From NCBI RefSeq assembly GCF_009914755.1, contig NC_060928.1: 64,000 bases of DNA; one strand, written 5' to 3'. Both the position numbers and the translations under genes were made by a program. The notes under the pieces were generated by a model that worked only from the letters and a program-made list of their open reading frames with translations, was not told where the DNA came from and made no database searches. This DNA comes from the human T2T-CHM13v2.0 reference genome, Homo sapiens. Within the stretch, counting starts at the first letter, position 1, and each line of letters opens with the position of its first letter. Below, piece after piece: positions 24,683 through 40,339 of the stretch.

Positions 24683-27336
24683 TCGGTGACTAAAACGAGG
24701 GTTCATATCTTATTATAACTGGATTGAACCTCAATAACACAGTTTCCAGTTCTTATTTCCATTTTACCACTTAAAATATATATGTTAGATAAATGATGCT
24801 TTTTGCGAGGCAATCGTAATTCCAGTTATTTTAATATAATTTTATGGTACATATTTGGATTTATGTAATGACCTTTTGAATGTTACACTGTCTTTGTTGA
24901 AACATTTTAGTTTTATAATCTAGGATTATCTCTTTTGATTTAAGATAATGCTGCATAATAAGCATAATGAAAAGATTCATTAATTGAAATGGCCTCACAA
25001 TGTTGAATCTAATATTTGTATTAATAATGTAATTATTATTTTAGTATTTTGAAAACATCTATGTGTTTATTTTGAAATGTCAAATACATATCCTTCCAGA
25101 AATACTTTTATAATTGGTAAGTAGCAATTAAAACAAAATTAATACCAAAATTGTCTTTATATATTTGTTAAAATATATCAAAGAATAACTTTAATGTTAC
25201 TCAACTTAAAAACAGCACTATTTATAGATGCGAATATATTTATCTTGTAGGTTGCTTTTTTCCTAAATATTTATATTCTACAATTAGCAGTATTGTTATT
25301 CATATCCTGAATTTATGTCTTTCTGTAAGATTATGGCCTTGGCCAAGAATTTGAAACTAGTAGACTGCATAAAATACATCAACTTGATTTCATATATATG
25401 TTGAAGCATGGCTATGGTCTAATAATGCCATAGAAGATGTTAAATCCAATCACAAGAATAAAAGTCTATTGGAAAATTTAAATGCTGTAAGAAAACAAAG
25501 ACAATCAAATGAGCTGATTTGTTCACTTTGTTGGTTCAGATAAGTAGTGATAAAAGTATTTGAGAAGCCTGTTTAAAGCATTTGGGACTTTACAAAGGTT
25601 AAGGTTACTATTCTGCTGATATTTTTATTCATGTCTGCCATCTCTTAGTTTATGCCTCGGTATTAAAAGAAGATGTCATTTTACTTACTAAGCCTTTAGA
25701 TATAATGAAAGTTAAGTCAGAATTTTTTGGATTAGTGTCCTTTTGCTACATATAGCCATAATTTATTTAGTACACTGCTGTTAAAAGAAAAGGTATAGTA
25801 AATAATATGGAAAAAATTAATGTATCTTCCATAAAGTCATTTAACAACAAATTCTATTGAAATTAAAAGTGGCAGTCTCACTGTCACTCTAACTTTTATA
25901 TGTCTATTTAGCTATGGTACTTATCCAGTATTACCTATAAAGGCTATAGTAGAATCCAATGAGTCAGCATTTTAATCCTTCATAACACAACACTATTGGA
26001 AAGCGGATTCACAGAGAATAGATCATACCATATATATACTTAGAAGATTACGTGTAATTGGATTCTGAGGAACCTTTAGCAGCAGGGAAAGGCAAGAATG
26101 ACAACTGACTGTACATCTTTGGGCTCCTAAAAGGCAAAATGTTTAATATTTTCTTACAACATATAAAATTATCTCAGATTATAAATATTTTTGAACAGGG
26201 CTCTGGATCAGTTGATTGCCAAAATTACACAGGAAACAAACTAAAGTTAAAAATACACTTTTGAGAAGAATGCTAAAATCTGATCATATAGAGTTGTATT
26301 AAACAATACTAAGGACATTGGTAATTGTAACAGTGACAATGTCCATGTGGTTACATAAGCAAAAACTAAAAATAAAAAGTGAGCATTATATCGTAGACCT
26401 GCCTAAAAGGATGTATGTGAAATATTAATAATATGACATGAAGGATTTTTATTAAAAAGTACAGCAAAGGAAAGAAAAAAAGACAACTAAAAGGGGATTT
26501 ATTGAAGTTTATATTCCCAAGACCCACTCTCTGAGATGGAGATACATATTTGTAATGTTTATTGACAGTACTCAGGATAAACAAATGCCCAGAAAATAAA
26601 AGCTTCTTCTACTCTGGGAGCAGGGGAAAATAATTGCTCATTGCCATTTTCTTATTTTTCCAAAATAACAAAATGAACTTGTCTCTTTTGGATATCTAGA
26701 ATTGAGTGCTTAATGCCTTTGAAATGTGGAGATGAATTAAGGAAAACTGACATAGACTGTCTATAAATTATTCAAGCAAGTCCATAATCTACTCTTGTAC
26801 ATATTTTTGTTGCTAAAATGTGCTAATACTATTAAACATGTTAATACTCATATAAACATTTCTATCTCTGTATGCAATTTGAAACTAATTAGATCCTGAA
26901 CGAATTTGCTAGGTTTAATAATTTCTTACTTTGACCTATTATTTTCAACTACAGACTAAACTCAATCCTATATGATGTTACTTGACAAATGGCCAATAAT
27001 CATAACTTTATCACCAATACTCTGCAGTGAGCAAATTCAGAGGAAAACTTGGTACCATGATATAAATTTAAATGAAGAAATGACCTACTTTAAAAAAGAA
27101 GAATGAGGAATAGGAGGAGAAATAGGAAGAGGAGAAATACGAGAAGGAAGATAAGGATGAGAAATAAAAGCAGTAAGTGAGAAAGAGGGAGAAGAAAAGG
27201 CAAGATAAGACATTTTGATGGAGGACTCACAAGGTGAATATTGCAATATCATTTTTGCATGAGGCTTCTGGATGAATCTCGGCTGACACTGACACATAAG
27301 TTCATGGATTCGCCAAACCCAAATATATATACATAC

Positions 27337-27481
27337 ATATGATTTGATTTAAATGGGAAAGGAGACATGTAAATGGATGCTGGGAGGGGAGGTTTGTGGT
27401 GCTTATCACCAGCTCCATAAGGAATATCTGTGGGAGTAATGACATATTGAAGTCAAGCATATGGGGGCAGAGTTGGCAAAA
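27337..27481 (+). repeat. Copy 1 of a 145-bp direct duplication
   Basis: atatgatttgatttaaatggg...gcagagttggcaaaa, repeated at 27830-27974 with 2 mismatches that I can see. Confidence 0.95.
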
Positions 27482-27506
27482 GTTGGGTATAAAATATAAT
27501 GGGATC

Positions 27507-28007
<501 letters not shown>

Positions 28008-28011
28008 TTAG

Positions 28012-28013
<2 letters not shown>

Positions 28014-28049
<36 letters not shown>
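28014..28049. repeat. (TA)n microsatellite
   Basis: Perfect TA run read directly. Confidence 0.95.
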
Positions 28050-28051
<2 letters not shown>

Positions 28052-28072
28052 ATCTTATTTTTACCTATTGCC

Positions 28073-28660
28073 TATTCAGGGGAGGAAAACTAATATCTCT
28101 TCAATCCTTGTATGTTCCTACTTGGGACCTCTATAATAAAAGGCAGATTAACAAGAAGAAAACAAATGAAGGTTGCTTAACATGTATACCTCATGTGTAA
28201 CTCATTTACACATGGGAAATACTCAAGAAAAAAATGAATAGTTATCAAAGAGGTGGCTTAGAACTCCTGCTTGTGTAGCATCTTCAACAAAAACAGTACA
28301 TTTTTGGAGAAGTAACAAGACAAAGGATAAGGACGACCTTGAGTCTCTTGGGGAGCAAACTGAGGGAAGGCAACTATATGATAGATAAGGGCTAATTAGT
28401 AAAGTTTAAAATATAGATTCCTTGTGTGCCATCTGTAGTCTGGTAAGGGTCTGAGGTCATCTCTGGTGATCAATTTGTGTCCATTCTGATAAAAAGGAGA
28501 GGAGGGACACCTTTTTAAATTTATGTCCTGCTTTTAAGCGAATAGGGAAGGACAGAAAGCTTTTCTGGTATGTGCTGCTTTTCTATTGCCTTTCAGTAGC
28601 TCAAAATAATCTTCATGCCAAAGTGGCATATTTTGGATTGGCACATTCTGCTACCCTTCA
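28073..28660 (-). mobile_element. MER34-family ERV1 solo LTR
   Basis: Ends gctcaaaataatcttcatgccaaagtggcatattttgg...ccttca, the reverse complement of the TGAAGG...CCAAAATATGCCACTTTGGCAT start. Other end has gcagattaacaagaagaaaac. Confidence 0.75.
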
Positions 28661-29259
28661 CCTGTGTGCTAGTAAGGTCTAAGGAAAATTATTTTCCTTT
28701 TATCATCAAGATATGGTAGCAAGTTGAGCCATTTTACTACGTTTATTAAAATTATGGAATATAATTAACTTGCCTTATGTTTTTGCATCTAAAGATTTCT
28801 CCAAGTTAGAGAGAACTCCTACATTGGTGATACTGAAAAAAAAAACTTTTATTTTCCTACCTATTTTATACCTTTCTTTTGTATTTCACAGTTGGCTTCT
28901 CTGATACTTATATGGACTTCTGATCACTTTGTTTCACACTTTAGGTTAACAACACAAATTTTATCATTTGCTTTTCTTTTGGCCAAATTTTCCTTTTCTA
29001 TTGCAATTTTCAAAGTATGAAACTATATTTTGCTGGGACCTTATTTTTTTCTATATCTTCAGGTTTTCTTTGGTGTGCTCACCCTTAGCCCTTTTGTCTG
29101 GCAGTTAACAACAACAAAAAATCCCTCTGACAAGTACAGAAACCATTATTTTTGAAAATATGATCATCATGACAGTCCTGAACTGTCTATTCTGCAACAT
29201 CAATCTCCTGTGTGGCTAAGTAGCACAGTGCTCTGTCCACACTGATTCCTCCATTTTAA

Positions 29260-29415
29260 ATCTATATGTTCATGTATATCTAGGTCTATATACATATATG
29301 CATATAGGTATAGACATATAAATATATGTTTATATAAGTGTAAATATGCTTAGACATATATGTGTATAAACACAAATATATATGTATGCGTATATATCTA
29401 TATCTCTACATATTT
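29260..29415. repeat. TA-rich low-complexity tract
   Basis: Degenerate tatatg/tataca units. Confidence 0.7.
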
Positions 29416-29535
29416 TTCATTCTTACTCTTTATCTGATAATTAGCTTTTCCTGTAGTACTGGAATTCTTTTCATTTTATTTTTCTTCTATTTTGTCAAAT
29501 TCTCTTTACTTTGGCTTACTTGTTGGCTGCTGCTT

Positions 29536-29840
29536 TATTTTCTTTCTTTTTTTTATTATACTTTAAGTTTTAGGGTACATGTGCACAAAGTGCAGGTTTG
29601 TTACAACATGTGCCATGTTGGTGTGCTGCACACATTAACTTGTCATTTAACATTAGGTATATCTCCTAATGCTATCCCTCCCTGCTCCCCCGACCCCACA
29701 ACAGGCCCCTGTGTGTGATGTTCCCGTTTCTGTGTCCATATGTTCTCATTGTTCAATTCTCACCTATGAGTGAGAACATGCGGTGTTTGGTTTTTTGTCC
29801 TTGTGATACTTTGCTGAGAATGATGGTTTCCAGCTTCATC
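29536..29840 (-). mobile_element. Younger L1PA 3' end fragment (~L1PA3-5)
   Basis: ttattatactttaagttttagggtacatgtgcacaa...taggtatatctcctaatgctatccctccc...gctgagaatgatggtttccagcttcatc. Confidence 0.9.
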
Positions 29841-31419
29841 TAGTTTTTTTTTTTTTTTTTTCTTCCTAGTAGTTTTTCAGTCTAGCCTCTGAATATCTGA
29901 TGCATAATTCTTATAGTAACTTCATCTACTTAATGGTATTTAAATTATATTCACAAATCTCTTACCAGCTTTTCTTAAGAGAATAGCCCTGAGTACACAC
30001 AGAAAGTTTCTCTAAATTTTAATGAATAATATGTAATTTTATTTGTCCAAACGTTGTCTATATAAGCATCAACTTATTCTGGGGGAAAAGATGAACTGAG
30101 AAATGGCATTTAAACCTAAGATGATTATTATTTGGGCACAAATATATGATTTCCATACAGATTAAAACACTTAAAGAACAACATACGAATTGTATATTTA
30201 AGAATGACTGACTAGTTATATGCTCATTTTTAAAATAGAAGGGGTAGTCTATATTTATCTTTACAATAATATATACAAACATATTTATACTTGTTAAGCC
30301 TTTATGTACCTGGGGATGAGATTTAAACATATTTTCTTATTAAATCATCACAAGTATCTGAAATGTTGACAAAGTAACCTACAATTTTCAGACGAGGAAA
30401 TTAGACTTCAGAGAAAACAGATATTTGACAAAATTATTGAGGAAATCAGTGTGAGAACTGCAACTTTAGCTATTTCTATATGAATAATAAGAGCTTGTAT
30501 TACAAGCATTACATATATCTGAAAAGATTATAGTCTCGAGAGTTATTTACTATAAAATACCAAAAATGTATTTCAAACATTTCGTTAACATTTCAGTACA
30601 TATAAATGTCAATGGCAATCTTAAAATATAATTATTTATAGCTTTTTACTCTGTTTTTGTGCAAAATGAGAGTGGTTTTCCTTGATATATAGATATATAT
30701 ATATTTGTCCAACGTGCAACAATTAATACATAAATGTAAGTGGTTTATGTGTGTTTTAACTCTATCTATTGCCTGCTATGTCCCAAATTTAATTAACCTT
30801 TTACTATATTTTGAAGGTCCTTATTTTTCTTTTTTGTTTAATTGTTGCTTTTGTGTAAATAGAACACTTTCTCTGTTCATGATATAAATTTATATTCAAT
30901 ATGATTAAAATGTGGTGAACACTTTATTTAGATAACTAGCCATATATTTTTCTCTAAATAAATCAAATATTTCTGATTTTTTAAAATTCACATTTGTTTT
31001 ATGAGAAACATACTTTTAAAACATAATTTTAAATGATTTAATGTGTACCCATTTTAGACTTATGCCAATATAAAGTAATAGAACCAAAAAGCAATTTACA
31101 TTAAAAGTAATACAAACTGAAGAATTTATAATTTATATCTTTCATAGATTAAAAGTTTACATAAACTTTAATCTCAAGTAGCTTAACAACTGCTGAATTT
31201 CCAACTATAGTGTTTTGTTTAATTAATTGAGACATTTGTATTACTTTTGTAAAACTTCATATATAATAGCTTTTTCATAAATAGAGCATTTTCACACAAA
31301 GTATTTTATGAACTATAATTCAAAAGTTAAAACAATTAACTTGCTGATGTAATGCCATGATCAAAATAGAAAATCTTGAATAATGAAAAACTCAATAATG
31401 GTAAATAAAATAGCATTTT

Positions 31420-31610
31420 GGAAATGTGATCATATTGATCAGGTTTAAACCCATCCTAATCAAGCTATTCATAAGACAAGGTGACTTTAGGTAAGTTCCT
31501 TATCTATCAGTATCCTGATAGGATTTTACTTATCTGTCAGGTGGGAATAATAATAAATTTAGCTCAGAACATGGCTGTAGTATTAAATAAGATAAAAAGC
31601 AAAGCCCTGG
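31420..31610 (+). mobile_element. MIR fragment
   Basis: gtgactttaggtaagtt...ttatctgt...gggaataataata...attaaataagata core. Confidence 0.55.
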
Positions 31611-31619
31611 AAGAAATGA

Positions 31620-31931
<312 letters not shown>

Positions 31932-32469
31932 AACTCACACTATGTATTAATAAAACAATGCTATTTTCTAACAATTTATGGCAGTTGTTATTTTTTGTGA
32001 AATATGGAGACCAAAAATATAGAGGACCTTGAACACAAATCCAGTGTTAACTATGCCCTGTAGTCATTTGTTACTTTTTCCTTCAATTAGTCAATCAGTT
32101 ATTCTTTATTGAGAAATATTTTGTGTTGGGCTGAAGGTCAGTTGTTGAAATAGACAGAAGCACACATCATTGATATTTCTACAACCTAACATAGTTAACT
32201 TTGCTTGACTTCACTTTGGAGGTTTCTGCCGCTGTAAAACAAGGGTTTTCATAAACCTCAGTACTCATTGGTCCAAAGGGCCATGTTTTCCAACCAATAA
32301 CAATAGTGGGAAAAGCTGACCACGTACAGACAGGAGCAAACTGTGACAAACTGCAGGGCACAAAATCCAAACAGGCCAGTTACGACCATTGGCTGACAGT
32401 TGATGGGTTAGAATCATATTAGTTTGAAATGTGGCTTTATCATCTGCTACTTGTATACTCTTGGACAAT

Positions 32470-32632
32470 TATTTATCTTCAATTATCAGGTGATAATAGG
32501 GTATCCTACATGATAGGATTGCTGTAAAGATTAAAAGAAACAATGTCTGCAAAGGGTTTGGCACTGTGGATGACAAACAGAAAGCACTCTGTGATGGCTT
32601 TGTGATGATGACGATGATGATGGTGATGATAA
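32470..32632 (+). mobile_element. MIR 3' part with (GAT)n tail
   Basis: gataatagggtatcctac...ataggattgctgtaaagattaaa...tttggcac, then gatgat repeats. Confidence 0.55.
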
Positions 32633-32899
32633 TTTTGGAAAGACATGGATCCAGTGTTAGTAGTTTCATATTTGTAGGATAATTTATCAGGATGCTGCCT
32701 TTTATATAAAATCTTCTCATTTTTAACATTGACAGCATCCAGGTATTCCATGGCCAGTAGTCTACCAGTTTGTGATTTGTTGGTTATATGATCTTTATAA
32801 ACTTTTAGCTCATATACTCAGACTTCATATGCTACTCACCTGGAATGAAAAAAAAAAGTACATCAATATATCATTGTAGAAACTAATCAGGTAACCTAG

Positions 32900-33236
32900 T
32901 GATATGGTTTGGCTGTGTCCCACTCAAATCTCATCTTGAATTCCAATGTGTTGTGGGAGGGACCTGGTGGGAGGTAATTGAATCATGGGGGCAGGTCTTG
33001 CTGTTCTCCTGATAGTGAATAAATCTCTGATGGTTTTTTAAGGGGGAGTTTCCTTGCACAAACTCTCTTTGCCTGCTGCCGCCCATGTAAGACATTACCT
33101 GCTCCTCCTTGCCTTCTGCCATGATTGTGAGACTTCCCTAGCCACGTGGAACTGTGAGTCCATTCAACCTCTTTCTTTTGTAAATTGCCCAGTCTGGGGT
33201 ATGTCTTTATCAGCAGTGTGAAAATGGACCGATATA
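32900..33236 (+). mobile_element. THE1B-like solo LTR with 5-bp TSD
   Basis: tgatatggtttggctgtgtccc...atgtctttatcagcagtgtgaaaatggac. TSD cctag at 32895-32899 and 33237-33241. Confidence 0.92.
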
Positions 33237-33770
33237 CCTAGGAAATCCAATTTAAAGAACTCTCCAGCTCCTTGGAAAGAATAACAAAAATCACACCTTT
33301 TCTTCAAATGACCTACGGATATATTCAAATACATTTGTCCAGTTCTAATAACACTGACTGAAAATAGAAAATAAACACTCCATGTATATAGCCCTGTCAT
33401 TGACAGCTGCGTTAGGTCATTTGAGAACTGCCCTTACCTTTTGAATGATTCAGTGATGTTTTCTGACAACTTTAGCCAAGGTCCAGTGACCCCAGTCAAC
33501 CCAGTCATTCTGTAAGAAACTTATATTGCTTAATAAATATTTTCTATTATCTAAAATTAAGGACTTTTTTTGTAATTATCTGGCATACTAGTTTCTCTGA
33601 TCCAAATCATTATATACTATTTCTAACTATTTCTTCTTGTTGGTCATGTTCCTGTACCTGAATATTCTTTAGATACATTTAGTATTATTATCATGTAGGG
33701 TAATTTTAATTAGTCTAGCCTATAATATAATTATTAAAAAGGCATATTGTATAGAAACATAATATTTAAG

Positions 33771-34093
<323 letters not shown>

Positions 34094-35717
34094 AAACATA
34101 ATATTTAAATATTTCCCTTATTAAACCAATTTCAGTTAGAAAAACAATAATGGTAAACTGAAATAGATTGAGATTTAAATCCAATCTGAGCAATGTTTTA
34201 TTGTGTGTTTTGTCTGATTTTATGACAGAAGATCATCAATCTTGGGTATTCATAATAAATTTTATTTCTTTATGATGAAATGGTTAGGACTAAAGCATTA
34301 TAGCATAGCACTTAGTATTATAATAGTGTTAGTGAACGGTAGACAAAAAATACCAAGATTAAATTACTACTTTCAATGCAGCAAGACTTTGAAAGTGATG
34401 GATTTTTGATGAAAAAATGAGAGTACATTTGACATAACACAAAAATATTGATAATGGAAATGGAGTTTTTAATCATAAACCATACTGATTGAGTACATTT
34501 GTGTGTGTGTGCATAATAACATAATGTTTACTAGTTTATTATATAGTGCTTCCAAGTTTTCAAAACCAATTCACATATATCACATATGTCTCAAAACAAG
34601 TGTACATATGGGCATTCATTTCATTTTACAAATGATTAACCTGAAATCAGAAAGTATTGGCTGATTGTTATATATATATATTTAATTGTTTCTGCTTTTG
34701 TCCTTCTATTCTGTTTCCACTTGTGGTGCACAATATTTTAGCTACATTTATTTCAACAGCAGTTGGCATACAGAGTGTACAGGAATATATGTGCGTGCAT
34801 AAGTAAATATATATTTTAAAAAACATATGATATTTATATATACTTGTATGTTTATCTATGTAGCTACCTATCTAGAGAGAGATTTATAGTTACAGATGAG
34901 GCAAAGTATAAATATTCACGTTCACACATTGAACTAGATATTTTTTCTCAGAAGTCAATATCTGGCCCAAATAAAAAGAAATCTATAGATAATCTATATC
35001 AACAAATAAATAGAAATCTAAATATCTACATTAATAAATGAGCTACTTCTAATTAATAACCATATATGTGGCAGTTATGATAAGAATCAACTTATTTTAT
35101 GTTACGTGTCCTCAATATTTTGCTTTAATACTAATCAATACATATACAGGGTTACTTGAAAAAGGCATCATGTGGTCAAGATTTTTTAAAAAATAGCTTA
35201 GCACTTCGTATTATAACAGTTATAGTGAAATGTAGGAAAAGAAAATATTAAAGTAAAAGCACTGCCTTTAACAACAGTGACGCTTAAAGAGAAATGGATT
35301 TGGGACAGAAAATGAGAGTGCATTTGAGATTAACACAGGAAAGGCTAGACCTTGAAGGTATAGTTTGAAGGAAAACAAATGGTAATATATTTAAGGGGGG
35401 ACAGTTGTCTAAGTGAAGCCAAACAGAATCTAAGTTCAAGATTTATTTGAAGGAAAGTTAACAGTCAGTAGGGGAGCAGTGAGAGATGTGAGATCGGGCT
35501 CAAGTGTAGTTTTGAAGGGTCATTAATCCAAGTTAAAGAGCCTAGACTTTATTGCACTCACAATGAAGAAACATTAAGGGGAAGAAAATGGCAACTTGAA
35601 AGCAGTGTTTAAGCTGGTTGCCCTGTGCAGGGTAGAAACTTCAACTTATGACTCTAGTAAGCAAGCTATTAGAGAAATGATAGGCCAAAGACAAAAGTCA
35701 GCCTGGGGAACTTGACA

Positions 35718-35771
35718 TATGTGTGGGTATGTTTGTCTCCTTATGTGTGGGCATGTTTGTCTCCTTATGTG
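35718..35771. repeat. 24-bp tandem duplication
   Basis: tatgtgtggg(t/c)atgtttgtctcct twice plus a partial third unit. Confidence 0.85.
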
Positions 35772-36223
35772 CATATGTGACTACTGACAATCAAGTAATT
35801 TTTCAAAGTAATAGTATTTCCTAGTCTTGAGCCAACCAATCACCAGTGAGCCTGTGTTTGTGTTCTTTATTTTTGCCAGTTTCATGAGTTTGTGGCTTGT
35901 GTTTAGGAAAAAACAAAAGAAAAAAAAATAGTTCTGCCTAAATTAGAGACAGCTGATGAAACAACTTAGCATCATGGAGAGACTTACGCAGAAGAGGACC
36001 CTTTTCTTTAAGTTTTAGGGACATAATTTTTAAGAAAAATGTGTTGGTTTCACACCCAAGTGGTCAGAATCAGCTATGGAGAAACAAATAACTGAGTTTT
36101 AAAAAACACATCTGGTGAAAAAGGATATGGGTTTTATAGTCACAGAGATTTGAGATTAAATCTAAAGCCTGGGGCAAGTTATTAGGACTTAACCTTGCTA
36201 AGAAATTATTTCCTTATTGCCAC

Positions 36224-36640
36224 TGTGTTAGTCCATTTGCACTGTTGAAAAGGAATACTTGAGGCTGGATAATTTATAAGTAAAAAAGGTTAATTGGCTC
36301 ACAATTCTGGAGGCTGTGTATGAAGCACAGTGCCAGCATTTACTTCTGGTGAGGGCCTCAGGAAGCTTATAATCACAGGGGAAGGCAAAGGGGAGCCAGT
36401 GTGTCACATGGTGAGAAAGGGAGCAAGAGAGTGAGAAGGAAGTTCCACGCTCTTTTAAACAACCAGATCACACTTGAACTCATAGCTGAGAACTCACTCA
36501 TTACCTCAAGGATGACACCCAGCCAATTCAGGAGGGATCTACACCCATAATTCAAACACCTCCTACCAGGACCCACTTCCAACATTGGAGATTACAACTC
36601 AACATGAGGTATGGAGGGGACAAACATCCAAAACATACCA
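36224..36640 (-). mobile_element. MSTB-like MaLR solo LTR
   Basis: tgtgttagtccattt...ggaatacttgaggctggataatttataag...cttctggtgagggcctcaggaagctt...ggaggggacaaacatccaaa. Confidence 0.85.
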
Positions 36641-39405
36641 CTACTCTTCATGAAGATAAAATTGATACACATATCATCACTATACATATATATGTAAAGT
36701 TATATATAAAATTATTAAAAATATATACACATGTATCATTACTGCATATATATGTATATATGCTTATGCTTTTTAAAATGCATGGAACACAGTAAATATG
36801 CTGTCACAAATAGGCAACAATTAATAGTATGCTTGGTTTCTGTATCCTATTTAAATTATTGTCATCAGTAACCCAAAGAATACTGTCTCTAAATTATTAA
36901 GTTCTAGTCAAAAGTGAATCCAAGCTTAAATGCACAACCAGAAGTAGATAACTGTCTTTCCAGATATTTCTGCAAGTTTCTAGAAGGTATTCAAAATCCT
37001 GTGGACAACTTGTTGGAAAAGTTTCTCCAAGTAAAGAAAATCACATGTATGGAAGCATGAATAAGGCAAACACCATGACACATAGCAAGACTTGGAAGTA
37101 GTTTAGTAGCGCAACAGTCTAGGAAAACTAAAAGGCAATAGATATGTTGTGAGCAAATCACAGTGATCCTTATAGGCCACATATGAAATTTATATTTTAT
37201 CCTGTGTTTATTGAGGAATAGGGCAATCAAAATAAATAATGACAGCTAGAAAATTATTATATAAATTATTATTACAGATCTTGGAAGATGAGATAAAAAA
37301 TAAACATATTTCAGGAAGTAGTAGCGATAACAGGTAGATGGGTAAATATGTAAGAGAGGAAAAAATAGAGGTCTATAATTATCCTCATAATTCTAGATTG
37401 GGCTATAATAACGATATTAGTTATAATTGATTAAAAAACTAATTATATTCAAGGACCTCAGCCATGTGTCTTGTATTAATTATATCATTAACAGTTAATA
37501 AGAACCAATTTCAACTTACTCTTAAAATCTGCGTTGAATGTCTCAAAGGCATCCCAAACCTAATACATCAAGACCTAATTTTAGTTTCTTCCTCCTAACA
37601 CTACTGGCCACTAATAGCTTATACAATGCTTTACCATAAATAAGCAAGATATAGCCTTCCTGGAAGGGGCAGTCTATGGACAACTATCTCAGGAAGCAGA
37701 TCGAGAGCTAGATTTGAGTACAAAGTCACCTATTTTTTTCAACATTTCTGTACAGTACACAAGTTTCACAACCATACCTGGTAGGCTTGTGACTTTTCCA
37801 TCTGAAAAAATGGTACAAAAATCCTAATTGGTTAAAGCAGAAATCTGAGACTCAGTTTTGATCTTTCTTTTCTCTTTACATTTCTTATCATGTAAGTGAA
37901 TTTTTTTCCTTCAAAATATTTCTCAGTGCTCACTTTTCCATCCTTACCTCCATTTTCTTAGCTCAAAGCACTGTGGTCTACTTTGCAGTTAGTATCTTTC
38001 TTACTGGTCTCTCTATTTCTGCATTGACTCAACTTCCAGTAGAAAATGACAATGATAACTTAAATAAAGATCGAGAAATAGATATCCATAAATCTAAGTA
38101 AAGGTTAATATTTATAATAAACAAGAAACAACATATAGAAAAAAAATCACATCTCATTAGATGAAGTATAATGTAATTTCACACAAAAAGGATACAAAGT
38201 ATTAACAAGGTATGTGAAATAGTCATTCTTATCAATATATTAATTAAAAAACTAAGGAAATGAAATTTCTCTAGAGATTTTCAATACCTTTTTAGAGAAA
38301 TTGGCATAAAACATAAAATAAATTGTTAAATTGTGGTGATTATTTGTGGGAACAGAGGGTAGGGACTGAAAGATTGTAATTTAAACACTCTGATTTGTTC
38401 TAAATTGTTTCATAAATTGATATTCACATTTCAGAAATCTCTGCAAAATTACATAAGCAGAGGATTGAAAAGTATATGACCCAGTAAACCTCCTCTAAGT
38501 GATTTAACCTCAGGAAATATGTAAAAAGAAGAAAAATGTGTATAAATAGATTCAGTACAGCATCATCTTTTTAAAAAAAGTTACAATAAATGTCCATCAC
38601 AGTGTAATAGCTGTGCACGTTCTTTTATATCAATATTACAAATAAGAAGTATACATAGAAACTTGAATTAGCATCTACAATGTAATGTTAAATAAAAAAT
38701 AAAAACAGAAATATATATATCCATTAGATAATTACTTACTGTTTTAAGCTGGTATACAGTTTTGAAAGATAGAGCAGTAACAAATTGGAAATATGGTAAT
38801 CCAATTTTGGCACTTTTGTAAAAAGTATCTCATGTTTATCTGTTTATATAAATTGTGATTATCTTTAAAATTGTTATATTAAAAGATAAATATTCCATGG
38901 CACTGGTGAACAGTAAAGTTTTAAAATATGTGGAAAAAATTTATAATCTCATTAATCTGACAAAAAATTAGCATTTTTTACTTTTGAGAAAGAATTGCTT
39001 TCTCTTTCTGTCATATTTGATTTCTGTCATCAAAAATTGATGCTCATATATTTACAAATGATTCTCAGTTTTTGACTAACACAGAACGGATTTGTTTCTT
39101 TCATTTACCTGAAATTCATTTTGTGGAGTTCTAAATTTAAGGTTACATTGTAAGATAAATTCACTCTGAAATGGCACTTTTCTTACTTATAGAATTTGAA
39201 TGACTGGCATTCCCATTCTATCTGTCTTTAATGATTAATATTTAATATACATTATATATTGTATGTGTCAAATTTTATGGAACAAACTAAAATGTTTAAG
39301 AATTTCTCACACATCCATAATTTATTTATTTTGTCATAATAATATCCAATTTATTAAAATAGAAATCAATGATTTGGCTAAATATTGGCTAGTTACATTA
39401 AGAGT

Positions 39406-39786
39406 TGTGTTAGTTCATTTTCACACTGCTATAAAAAACCACCTGAGGCTGGGTAATTTATAAAGAAAAAAGGTATAATTCGTTCACAGTTCCGAAGTCT
39501 GTACAGGAAGCATGGCTAGGAAGACCTCCTGAAACTTACAATTATGGTGGAAGGCAAAGGGAAAGCACACATGTGTTCACACGGCCAGAGCAGGAGGAAG
39601 AGAGGAGAGGTGCTACTCACTTTTAAGCAACCAGATCTCAAAATAACTCACTCACTGTCACAAGAGCAGCACCAAAAAGGAAATCTGTCCCCATGATCCA
39701 ATCTCCTCCCGCCAGGCCCCACCTCCAACATTGGAGTTACAATTTGACATGAGATTTGGATGGGGACAGAGACCCAAACCATATCA
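39406..39786 (-). mobile_element. MSTA-like MaLR solo LTR
   Basis: tgtgttagttcattttcacactgctataaa...gctgggtaatttataaagaaaa...ccaggccccacctccaacattgg...cccaaaccatatca. Confidence 0.85.
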
Positions 39787-40339
39787 AGGTTCATGTCAAT
39801 AAGTAAATGAAAATATAGTAGTAAAAGGAAAAAATAATTCACAGTAATAAAAAAAGGAGGAAAGCATAAGCCTTTAAAAGGAAGAAAAAAAAACCACTCA
39901 AACTCTCTATGAATCATAATAATAGGCACATGAAAAATATCATTTTAGGCTATTGTATTATCAAACCTGTAAAACACTCAATTTACAGGTTTAAATTGAA
40001 CTCAATTTAAATGAGCTATGTGGAAGCAGGTGCTGTTGCTATGTCTCCTAGTTGATATCTTTTTTTTTTTTTTTAAGTCCGATTGGCAGTATCTTTTAAA
40101 AGGCATTCCATGCCTATTCCTCTTAGACATAAATTCTGGAATTTATGACTGAGATATTTACATATTACACTAATGAATGAATAGAAATGTATAAATTTTC
40201 TGTTTACAACATCATTGACACAAAATTGGAAACATTTAAATGTCTATGTTTTGGGGGCTTAAGAAACAGTTAAAATAGGGTATTTTTTTCAACTGTAATA
40301 TTTCTATTTGACATAAAGTAAGACTGAACTGAACTACAG

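Noticed and set aside
29841-29862. Poly(T) at the 5' junction of the short L1PA
   Set aside because: Best explained by insertion into a pre-existing T-tract, the preferred L1 endonuclease target.
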